Shown here piece by piece: positions 1-12,303 of a stretch of 64,000 nt of DNA (the stretch's first letter is position 1; each line of letters starts with the position of its first letter). The translations under genes and the position numbers were made by a program. The notes beneath the pieces were generated by a model, which was not told where the DNA came from, made no database searches, and saw only the letters and a program-made list of their open reading frames with translations. The stretch comes from the human T2T-CHM13v2.0 reference genome, Homo sapiens: the NCBI RefSeq assembly GCF_009914755.1, contig NC_060927.1; one strand, written 5' to 3'.

Positions 1-3000
1 GGGGGCCTCTTGAATGTTTTCTGTTTTGTGCATTTCTTCAGTATTCCTTGCTGTATTTTTAGGTTGTGACACATGCTAGGTAAATGCTACCAGAAAATTT
101 TAATTTGAGGAATTCATGTACATAATTGAGAGGGTTTCATTGGTTGGCAAATCAAGCAAACTGGACAAAAACTTAATTTGTCTTTTAAAAGTCACTTCTC
201 TGATCTACTTCAGATCTCTGTTTCTTCTTTTAGTAGACCAACTAATGCCTTTAGATGAGATAGAGCTACCAAATAGAACATGCTGTCTACTCTAGTATCT
301 ACTCTAATTAATACACCGTAATTTCAGGAATACTAAGAAATGGTTCAGATATCCCTAAGGAGGGTTTGAATTACCAGCTTGAAACAGAAAGCAGCATGAG
401 TGCTTATGTTGAATTTGGCACAGTTGCCTCCGGAATGGAGCTCAGAGAGGCTAAGTGACTGGTCCTAGCTCACACAGCTAGACAGTGACTAAATCAGGAC
501 AAACACGTGGCTGGCTTTCCTGATGTGCTTACTGTTCTACCACAGTCAATTCCATAAGCACAGATTTTTCCTTATATTAATTAGACGGGAGCAGGTGAGA
601 GGGCCATGCCTTCTGGGAAGACTAGAAGGTGAGAAAAACAAAAGGGAGTGCACCAACTTAATTAACTGCCGTTAACTGCAGGGAATTTTGCCGTTTCCTG
701 TTTAGCATTCCTTCTTCCGGGTTATTTATATGCCAGAAAAATCACTTCTATGCTGAATTTGATGTTGGCACCCTTTAAGACTCTTGTTTCTACGTAGAGT
801 TGTAAATGCCTCACTGATTTAAATTTTTCCTCTGAAATATTGAGGTTGAGTTTCTATTTGCTTAAGTACAAATGAAGTCGGGAAAGGAAAACCTTCCCTA
901 ATCAGAGTCTGTGGTGTTATTAATACACTGTTTTGCCCCATAGTAATCAGTTGATGTGTTTGCTTGCTCAAGATAGAACTTGGGTCTCCTGGCTGGGAGT
1001 TTATTGCTCACTTATGGAAAGATTCCACAGTTGGAGCAGGTGTGTTTGTAATTATACTCTAGGAAATAGAATACTGTCTGTTTATAAAAGAGGAATGTTC
1101 TGGCAGCCACTCAGATTCTTTGAAAATTCCCTGAAGAAGCAACTGTGGATCCCCTTCTGCGTTGTTCCCCTGGCAACTGCCAGCGCTGGGACACCGATGC
1201 CCTGTCCCCAGCCCCTCAGGCTGGTGGATCTGGCCCTCTCAGCGGAGATGCCTCCTTGGCCTTTATAATTGATGCCGTTCTGGAAGCTACCACAGCTCCT
1301 GTGGTTTCTCCCCCACCAAGTCGTTTGCCGGTGTGTACTCCTGGAAACCTGCAGCCCACAGCTGGAGTTCTGCAGAAGCTTAATGAGAATTCGTGCTGGC
1401 CCGGGATTAAGGCAGGGCCTCACATCTGAACTGCGTACCCATGTTCCAAAGTCTAAATGTGGTGGGGAAGAGCCCCAAGGCTGTGTAGGGCCTGCCCAGT
1501 GGCCCACTGAGGAAGGGACGCCATGCTTTGATCATAAAGGCCACTTGATGTGCAATTAATGACTTGATAAAAAGTACAATGCCTACTGAGGCCCTGTCAG
1601 TGCTCTGAGAAAACAGGGTGAAATGAGGACACAGGTGTAGATTTCCTGCAAGAAAAGCGCATGGTATGGGGTCTTCCCCGCTGCCTTCTAGAATAAAATT
1701 TTGTTTGAAACCAGGAAGAGGAGGGGTTGTTTGTTTTTTGGCAAGCAAAGAGGCAGGGTCTCCATCCTTACCCCCTGATTTTTCTTAATCCCCTGGGGCT
1801 GGGGCAGGGGGACAGATGGGGTGGAGGAGAGAGAGAAACTCCTCATGTTGTTGTACCTTCCGCTCAGAGCTGGGTGAATTGTTACACATGTGTACACCTG
1901 TGTAGCCGCCACCTAAATCAAGACACAGAATGTTTCCATCATCCCAGAAAGTTCCCTCCTCTAGCCATTCTTGGCTTGAAAGAGTTAACAGCTGGTGCTA
2001 AAGACATTCATTTATATGACTAATATTTGAGTGCCTGTTACGTCCAGGGGGATTTGGATACAGTGGTGCCCCAAATGGGCACAGTGTCTGCCATTCTGGA
2101 GATTACAGTTTTGTGGGGGGCAAAGGGACAATAATACAGATTCATGCAAGATGACAGCTCTCAGCTGTGAGACACATTAGAAAGGAGAAGCTCATGGAAT
2201 CCGGGGACTTCTACCTAAGCAGGGAGGCCAGGTAGCGGCTTAGGAGATCAGGTGATGACAGGTGAGTGGCCCCAACAGGTAATCATGTGAATTGCTTTCC
2301 TACGCTTTAAAGTGCTGCACTAATCAAACGGATAGTTCCAGCGAAGTACTCCCGAGGTGGTGAGCAGAACAGTAGTCCACCTAGTTTTCATAGATGTGTC
2401 TGTAGAAGGGATTGGTGTGTTTAGAAAGCAGGTACTGTGGTTCAGTGGACGTGTCTGTTTCTACGTATTTGAGATGTGATTCCCACTGAATCACTGCCTC
2501 CTTGGAACTGTGGAATCTCTGGAGCCATTGGTGCCAGCTAGCAACTTTGCCCTCCTGCATTGCAACAAAAAAGCTAAATTCACATTCCAGCTACTCAGGG
2601 CGGCTGCAGCCTGCATATGTTAACTCCTCGACTTCTCCTACTTGAGCTGCTTCTGCCGGCAAAAGATGCCATTGTAAAATTCGAGGTAGGGGGGGGAAAC
2701 AGGAGAAACAAAGAGTGATTAAATTTCACCTTCAGGGGGCGTTCTCATGACGCCCAACCCAGGGTGGAGATGTCCTACTTTTTACATTGCTGTGAACTGC
2801 TGGGTTGGGTACCTGCCAGTGTTCAGGCAGCAGTTACATAAGAGCTGCTTTTTTTCCTGGAATTTAGGCTCACTGCTGATGTGTGACCTTCAGCAGTAAT
2901 TGCCAATAAATGCAGTGGGGCTGTTTACTGTTAGACACTGGCTACCACAGAGCAAACTCAACTCAGAACATACAGAACCTATTGCAAAGTCAGTGGAGGG

Positions 3001-3086
3001 ATATATATATATATATATTTATATATATTTATATATGTCTGTGTGTAGATACGTGTGTGTGCGTGTATATATATATATATATATAT
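3001..3086. repeat. Compound (TA)n/(TG)n microsatellite
   Basis: atatatatat...gtgtgtgtgcgtgtatatatat read directly. Confidence 0.95.
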
Positions 3087-4725
3087 GCACATCACTGAGA
3101 TTATTCCGTAATGACTGAAGTTGTATAATTTGGTCATGTCAGAATGTGTTTTTAAAAAATGAACTTTGCTATTGGGTTCTGATGAGCTTGTCCTATAAAC
3201 TGTAGGTGAAACCACATTGTTGGAGCTAAATAATTTTTGCTTAGTTCTGTTTCTAAAAACAAATAGAGTTAGTAAAGATAGTTGTCTCAGCAGATAGGAA
3301 GATTTAAAGTTGTTCTACTGAAATGCTAGATAACTTCTATTTTAGCTCAATTTTCTTTAAAGCTTTCTGTTTTCTTAGTGTGGGTTTTCAGAGGCTGATG
3401 CAGGATCGGGCCCAGCAAACATATTTGCAAGCCTGTTCACTGTTTGTTGGTCTCCTCTGAGGTTATGAGTGAGTGGAAAGGAACTCTGAAGACTGATTCG
3501 AGCGGCTGGAGATACAAATTGTCTTTGATTTGCTGATAACTAGATCTACGGTACAGTTACATTTTTTGAATTGCATTCGGTTTCTATCAGGTTAGTCATA
3601 GAAAGAGACATCCCATTTCAAAGGAAAATTCTAGAAGCCCCAGGGTAGGAAGGGGATTCCTGCTGAGGGCAGTAGAAAACAAAGGGTATTTGCAGGCCGC
3701 GATCTGTGCTGGTCTGTGATAGGCACACATGAAGCGGATGGATGGATGTGCGTGGGTGCTGTTGTGCAGACACCAGAAATAGTCACCTTAGGAAGTCTGT
3801 GTGCTCCTTTTCATTTAAGAATGATAAAGTATAATTTCTTTCATTTGTAGTAGAAATTTGTCCCTTGATAAAATGCTGGGTACATTATGTGTTGCAAGTG
3901 AGTAGATCAGTGTCGCATATGCATATATTCAGTTACTACCCAAGGTACCATAATGAGGGCCTGATTCGTGGCCTCATCCAGGAAGGACACTTAAGATTCA
4001 GTGACTTGAGGTGCAGTTTGAATTTCTATTTCAAAGCCATTCATTGGGAGTCATTTTTCTATTAAGTTAGGTTTTGCTCACCTCGCCTAAAAACACTGGG
4101 AAGACAAGATTGCAGAGTAAATATGAAGAGGCAGTAGAGGGCACTAGTTGGTTTCTCAGTTCAAAACCAGAGCACATCAGATCACTATGAATCGCCTGCT
4201 GGTGTGTGAGATTGGCCTTGACTGGAGGTGCCAGCGCCTGAACGCAGTGACTGGTCCTGGGACTAAGCAGGAATACAGAACATGGGAATTTCAGAGAGCC
4301 CGTGCCCTCAAAATGTTCCCCCTAAACACATGTTCAATGAGGGCTTCACCTTTCATGTAAAAAACGTGACAATAAAAATATAATTCCATTTATTCATTTA
4401 CTAAACATTATCTTTTCCTTGGGGTATTATACATTGTATTTATACAGATCTTATTTGAACATATATATCCTATTAATATGCTTATATTTATTGAAATTAC
4501 AGCTTATTGCCATAAAATAACCTTATCCTCAAGGAAACATAGCCAACATCCGCATTAGAAGGAAGTGCTAGTATAGGCTATGGGTGGTTTTACCGACTTA
4601 GATACCATGTATGGCCTGGCCCCTTCCATGCCTGGCCCATGGGTTGGATTATTTAGGGAACTTGCCAGCTAGATATTGTGAAATGAAATTTACTGAAAAT
4701 AAACCAAGGATTAATTAGTATTTTA

Positions 4726-5088
<363 letters not shown>

Positions 5089-7432
5089 TCAGGAAGTGGA
5101 TGCCCAGAGAGGTTCAGTGACTGGCTCAGGGCCACACAGAGAGCCAGAGCTAAACCCTGGATGAGCCATAGTCACAGGATGCTCATGCAGTGCTCTGGGG
5201 TTTTCCAGTCTATTCCACGAAGGGATCACATTGAAAAGTGTTTTTCTGGTTAGACACGATTCTTGAAGATGCAAAGCATCCTCTGTTTTCTCAAACGGCT
5301 TCGTAAAATTTTCAAGGGAAAAGACAGTTATTAATTTAAATTTAATTTTTGTTTTAAGAATTAATTAAACTAATTTTAGAACAAGCATGACAGCAGTTTA
5401 ACAGAGGAAATAGTGTGTCAGTACAATCATAAAACATAATCCCTGCCGGGTGATTAAGAAATAGATATATACTACCTATTTCTATTCTGAAAGAATTCAA
5501 GATGCTTCTCTGGACAAAGAGAGCACAGGCAAGAGAATTCAAACAGACGACATACTAGTTCCATCTTTATTTTCTTTTGCTTTTGTTTTGATTGGCAAAG
5601 GGGTAAGAGGGTAGCTCCGTGCATTCCTATGGTGAATCCATGCCTATAATTCTTTTGTTCTGATCATATTGGATCAGTATAAAGGATGCTGTAGTGGGAG
5701 GGTTTCCCATGCAAATAGTAGAATATAATACTTCTGTCTATATCTCTGTCTGCTCTAAAATGCATGGGAAATTGCTTTAATTCTGCTTTTTCTCATATGT
5801 TCTTTTTGCACTAAGGGAAGATAGCAAAAATGTTTACACAGTTTTAATTCTTTAGCATACAGAATGTAAGGGTAGAGTTAAAAATGCATTCTTGGATTGT
5901 GATCTTTCTATCATTTTGAAAATACCTTTACCTGTGCTCTGCTTTTACTTTCCTTCCCCACTCATGTCCTTCCTACCACCAGCACTGTCCCTCCCCACCC
6001 CGAGCAGGAGGCTGCATGCTTCAGAGGGAAGTTTTCTCCCTGAGATTAGTGGAGTTGGACTCATGCAGGAAAGGCCGTCTGTCCAGAATTGAGTGAGCAA
6101 CCCTTGTTGTCTTTGCCGAAGTAGTTTAATGCCCTGGATCTTTCTTTCATTTTCTCTGTTGGGAAATAGACAAAAGACAGAAATCATTAGATTACATAAT
6201 ATAGCAGCCCTATATTAAGAGGCTTTCTTCCCTCTTGGGGATCAAACTATCAAAAGGGTAATGTTGAGCTGGACGAAGACACCACCAGATTTCGTAGTGT
6301 CACTCATCTCATGCTTTCAACACCAGCCCTGGCCTGCCACCTGACAGCCACCTTCTGGCCCTGAGGTGAGTGTGCTGGAGCCCTGTTAGAGGCCAAGGTC
6401 ACATAGTTGCAGCGTGAGCCTCGGGTTTGTCTCGTGGCCTCAGACTACACCTCACACTAGTCACACCGCTGGTGTGTGACTTTGGTCCCGAGATGCCCAG
6501 GTGGGGTCTGGCAGTTCCATCTGACATCTCTTCTCTGCTCCAGGCACATGTCCTTTTGGAGGGCAGATTCACGGCACTGTCTGCAGATGGAGCGGTGGAC
6601 TTTTCTCCAGGCACACCTTTGTGTAGCCCCTGCATGCCCTCTCACCCCTTCCCCCTCACCTGCATGTCCTTTCGAGGCATCCTTTTGTTGCTCATCCATG
6701 GGCTGGAAATTATTAAATCAAGGGGGAGGGTGGTATCTGTGTGGCATGGCTGGGATGGGGCCAGGAAACCCAGACCATGAAGCCCTCAAGGGAAACGCAT
6801 GGGGTGGGAAACTCATCTCCAAAGTAACCCTGAGTGCAGGAAACCTTGTTTCTCCCAGAGACACTGGAGCAGGGAGACTGCATCCCCTAAGCCCAAGCTG
6901 GAGCCTAGGTCTTCTTCTCTGCTGTAGGACAGGATGTGGAGAATGGAGAGACATGGGAGAAAGCCTAAACCCACAGGAGACATGTGGCACGTGGAACTTT
7001 CCCAAGCCTTGGGCCCCTGCTTTCATCACTACCCCTGCTCCCCTGAGAGCCTCCGTGGACACGCATACTATTGCTTTCCTTGTCTCGGTGGACTGAGACA
7101 AGGATGTGCTGTGGTTTTTCCTGTCACTTGCTTTGTTTTAAAGCATCATTCCTCCTTGGTTAGTGGTAGACTTTTTTTGTTTCTTTCTTATCTTAAATGT
7201 GTTCCCCCATCGCAGGTCGATTGTCTCCTCCAGCACAACCACATTCAGTTTGATTTGAAGGTATCTGGTCACCTTGATTGCTGAAGCCCACTTCGGCAGG
7301 TGATCCAGCAGGGTTGCCTCATCTCTGATCCTTCCTCCTGTGTTTTGTCCTTGAGTGTTGGTCTCTGGACTTCTCTGTGGCCCACGAGATGCAAGTGCCA
7401 TGACTAACGTACTTCGTTTTACTCCCAATTAG

Positions 7433-7468
7433 CTTCCTCCAGCTCCGGATTCTGAGAACGCCACTGAG
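7433..7468 (+). CDS. ITPR1: ITPR1 alternative 36-nt exon, second half of SII segment A (LPPAPDSENATE)
   Basis: ttag|CTTCCTCCAGCTCCGGATTCTGAGAACGCCACTGAG|gtgtgt. 12 codons, phase 0-0; matches the neuronal SII insert of human IP3R1. Confidence 0.95.
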
Positions 7469-7923
7469 GTGTGTTGCCCGCCTATATTTGTAGCGCCAGC
7501 GCCAGCAAATATGGATGCCTCTCAGTTGTCCTGGTTGGGTGTCTGAATTGTTGTAACAAAAAGTCTCTCCCGGTGGTAGATGTAGGAGGGAGGTCTCTAG
7601 GCTGGCTGGGAACAGATCATTGCTGACGTGGATGTGGCTCTCAGTGTAGAAAGTTCTGAGGAGCTGGATCCAAACTGAGCATCCTCCAGGTGCCAGGACA
7701 TGGTTCTTTGAAAGTTCTCACTCAGAACCATCTTAATCCTGAGACATTTAGCTGAGACATGTGAGGATGTTAAGACCTTTCTGCTGTTATACAAAATTGA
7801 CTTTGGGTCCTGTGCAGAGATGATGCACTTTTGAAGTTATTATAAATCAATAATAAAGAATATTTATAATTGTAGAAAAAGCTACTAATAAACTTGTAAT
7901 TTTGCAATGCACTTTTAAAAATA

Positions 7924-8265
<342 letters not shown>

Positions 8266-9009
8266 TAAACTCACTAAATGAAGGACTAACGTTTACTAAG
8301 GTCTGTAAGATCATAGAGAAGCTTTTTGGGGAGACATATTTCCAAGTATCAAAATTTAATTTCAGAAACTATTCCAAAATCACAGTAGTTCAAGCTAGAA
8401 TGAAGTGTACTTTATTTGAAAGAAGACTTAAAAATGAAACATGAACAAATGATTGAATAGCTAAGTTGCAGTGTCTATGTTTTCTAATGATCAGTGTTTA
8501 ATATCCTAATCAGAGCTCCTCATTCTGTTAACGGTTTTGTTACAAGACTTGTGTACTTGTGGGGTGGGGAAAGCCGTGGTCCCATATCTGTGTCTGCTCA
8601 GAGGCGTGTGTCTTGATGTCCTTATGCATGTGCTGTGCAATGATGCATGTATGAATCATAAGGACCTGCCCGATTGAGTCTTGCATTACAACCCCTTTTG
8701 GGTTAATGTCACAGCATATAATATAGAACTTCTTTTTCATGATCTTTGCAATAAATTATGTTGGCCAAAAAGTCATATGTCTGCCCATTTTGAACAGTGC
8801 ACTAGGGTTGGGGGTATGGGACAGTCGTTAAGCAGCATCTAAAGTAATCAAGCATGGATATACGGGGGAAAAACAAAAATCCAGACCTATTCTCCTTTTG
8901 TGTAACTCTTGTCTATATATGAACTCTCAATGTATTTTATATGTGACTGATGCTGCAGATGGTAGTGTCTCCTTAGTGTTGTATTAAAATGGAATTTCTG
9001 CATGCCTAG

Positions 9010-9060
9010 CAGGAGCTTGAACCAAGTCCACCCCTGCGGCAGCTGGAAGACCATAAAAGG
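9010..9060 (+). CDS. ITPR1: ITPR1 alternative exon SII-B/C ([Q]ELEPSPPLRQLEDHKR); tandem acceptor gives 51 nt (from 9010) or 48 nt (from 9013)
   Basis: cctag|CAG|GAGCTTGAACCAAGT...CATAAAAGG|gtacgt. Phase 0-0; matches the known 1-aa B and 16-aa C sub-segments of SII. Confidence 0.95.
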
Positions 9061-9435
9061 GTACGTAGTCTTGAGTCTTGGGTATCGGGAGCTAATGATC
9101 AATGACCGTAACACCTCCATCAGCCACACACTGTGATTGAGAGACAGCTTTTGTTGTTGATATTGTTAAAGCATTAATTGACTCAAGAGCAATCACAGCC
9201 ATGTATATAAATGAAACTAAATAGTGGTTCTGCCCATTGTCTACCTGATCAGAGCACTGTAACCAGCTGGCCTCCAAATAATGACCAAGTAAACTTTTCA
9301 TGTCCTTTTTTCTTTTCTGTGGTGGCTTTCTATTTAGGTGAAATATAAAAGAAAAAGAAAAACTGTAATGGCTGATGACCATTATAATTTATAATTTTAA
9401 AAAAATGGAAAAACGTTCATAATTACATTACCTAG

Positions 9436-9762
<327 letters not shown>

Positions 9763-10332
9763 CCACTAATGTTTTAATATTTCCTTCTACCTATTTTTTA
9801 TACACATGAGCACATGTGCCAACAGACACAGGCACATTTGCATTGTCATTGGGATTATTCTAGGTATACAACTTTTGTACCCTGTTTTGTCATTTAGTAC
9901 TGGATCTGAGCATTTGTTTTGAAAAATCTTTGAAAGTTAACAGCTGCCTGAAGTTCCTCAAATTAACAGGTGGTTCATCACTGTTTTCCTTTGATGAAGA
10001 AATGAATGAATGTGTGCATCTTTGAATAAATTCCTAGAAGAGGAATTCCTTGGCCAAGGGGTAGATCTGTTTTTAAGGTGCTGACTGTGCCTTGCCAAAC
10101 CATTTCTAGAAGATTGTGTATATCCATGAGCATGCTGACAGCACTGATTTTCATGTTGCCCATTTTTGGGAAGATAACCAGATGTCCTGGTGACACAGGC
10201 TTCATCCGCATTTCACAAGTAGGACCTTGAGACTCTGGGATGTTCAACATCTTGTCTAAGGTCATGGAGTTCAAAAATGACCTGTCATTATGAAGACTGT
10301 CTTGGAACTATGGTCGTCGGTGTCTAGGAGAA

Positions 10333-10628
10333 TTTTTCTTTTATTTTTGTGGGTACATAGTAGGTGTATGTATTTATAGGGTACATGAGATGTTTTGACA
10401 CAGGCACACAATGTGAAATACACACATCATGGAGAATGGGGTATCCATCCCCTCAAGCATTTATCCTTTGAGTTGCAAACAATCCAATTACACTCTTTAA
10501 GTTACTTTAAAATGTACAATTATGTTATTGTTGACTGTAGTCACCCTATTGTGCTATGAAATAGCAGGTCTTGTTCATTTTTTGTAACTATTTTTTTGGT
10601 ACCCATTAACCATCCCCACCTGTCCCCT
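10333..10628 (-). mobile_element. L1MA-type 3' end fragment
   Basis: gtgggtacatagtaggtgtat...catcccctcaagcatttatcc...; imperfect TSD TGTCT(A/T)GGAGAATT on both sides. Confidence 0.8.
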
Positions 10629-11079
10629 GTCTTGGAGAATTGATGCCTGAGATAAATGGGTAGCCAGATGCACCTGTACTCTGCTCACACACCCAGGCCC
10701 CTGCCCAGTCCCACTACATCCCAAATCCCTTTTGTTTTCTTGCTCTGATAGAGACATCAACTTTGTGATTTCTCAGACTAGGACCAGAGAATAGCTCCAG
10801 GAAGTTGGCATTTCATCCGAATTCGGGACATGAGGCTATAGCCCTTCTTCTCCAGCTTCCTGTATCTCCTGCACTTCATGGCCCGAGGCACCTTGCATTC
10901 TTATATTTTCCATCCTTGCCTGCCCTTTAGAATTGTCCTAGGTCCTAGGAGTAGCTGGTAAAGGCACATAGCTGTCCCTCATGTCCTGAGCTCTCAGAGG
11001 ACTTGGTATGGAATGCTGCCTATGCCTGTGAACTTTGTAATTAGAAACAGGTTCAAGTTTTGGGGTTTTCTTTTTGCCA

Positions 11080-11240
11080 GATACTAGCTGTGTGATTTTG
11101 AGCAAGTTAACCTCCCTGTGCCTCAGTTTCTTCTGCTGTAAAATGGGGGTGACAATGGTCCCTATACCTTAGGACAGTGAGCTGTGCACATGAAGCCCTT
11201 AACACAGTGGCTGGAATGTGATAAGGGATATTAACTTGTA
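11080..11240. mobile_element. MIR fragment (one of many MIR/L2 relics in the window)
   Basis: MIR core: agctgtgtgattttgagcaagttaacctccctgtgcctcagtttcttctgctgtaaaatggg. Confidence 0.8.
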
Positions 11241-12254
11241 GATACCTTGTGGAGTGAAACATTGAGGTGATTTTGTAGACAACAAGAGGAGAAGGAAGGT
11301 ATTTTAAAATCCAGGCGCTACCCTCATGCCGACTAAGGTGTGAGAGGCTCACAGCTCACATGAGAGGGTGATCTTGCCTGAAGCACATGATTTTTAAGTG
11401 GCTGGAACCTGGGAAACCGAAAGGTCAGTTCTCTCTCTCCTTTGTGTGTGGCAATGTTAACTCCTTAGTGCCTTGTTCAACACTGGCTCTCTTCCCACGC
11501 AGTTCATTCGCTTATTTAGTTCAGTTCATATCAGTGGAACTCATATTGGTAGAGTGACCAGGTAGGAGCTTGGTTTAATTACTCCACATCACTAATCTAC
11601 CAATTTTCATTGTTTTAATGTGACACTTATTACAAATGACTTTTTCTTTTCTCAGTCTTAGGTAATAATGTGTGGGAATTTCTGACTGAGACAAACATCT
11701 GATATTTGTTTGCATACTGTAGGTGTAAACTGCTGGAAAAAAACTGGTATTATTTTTAAAAAGGGTTGCACAGCCAAATGTTAAAGCTGAAGAAGTGACG
11801 TTATTTTAGAAGTCTTTTTTTTTTTTTTTCCTTCTCTGCAATCAGATTTCTCAGCCTGGTACATTATGAACAGCTTAGTGCTGTTGAGTAATTTATATCA
11901 GGATGATTAGGAAAGCTTTTCTCTGCAGATTTTAATTTTTCTTAAATTAAACCACTGGCTCAAACAGAATTTTCCTTGAACCCAAGTTTTCACATTAGAG
12001 ATTTGCATAACTTTTAATAATTCTTATCCATTTTCCTTTTCTATCCCCTCTTACCTATAATTCTCAGTCTTTATTCTTTCAAAAAAGGAATGAATCTCAT
12101 CTTTAAAAAAAAAAAAAACAAAAAAAAACCTTGCTCTCTGGTTTTTCTTCCTTGCAGTTTAATTGTGTGTGTGTATGTGTGTATAGAGAAGGTGAGATGA
12201 ATATGTGCCAAAAACCTTATAATTAAAAGCAAAAAAAAAAGTTTGTTGGGTGGA

Positions 12255-12255
<1 letters not shown>

Positions 12256-12300
<45 letters not shown>
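12256..12300 (+). repeat. (TG)22 microsatellite
   Basis: Perfect TG run read directly. Confidence 0.97.

Positions 12301-12303
<3 letters not shown>

Noticed and set aside
6476-7101. 206-aa ORF and overlapping ORFs, with a consensus donor GAG|GTGAGT near 6366
   Set aside because: No similarity to IP3R1 or any family I recognise, and no convincing acceptor to pair with the donor.
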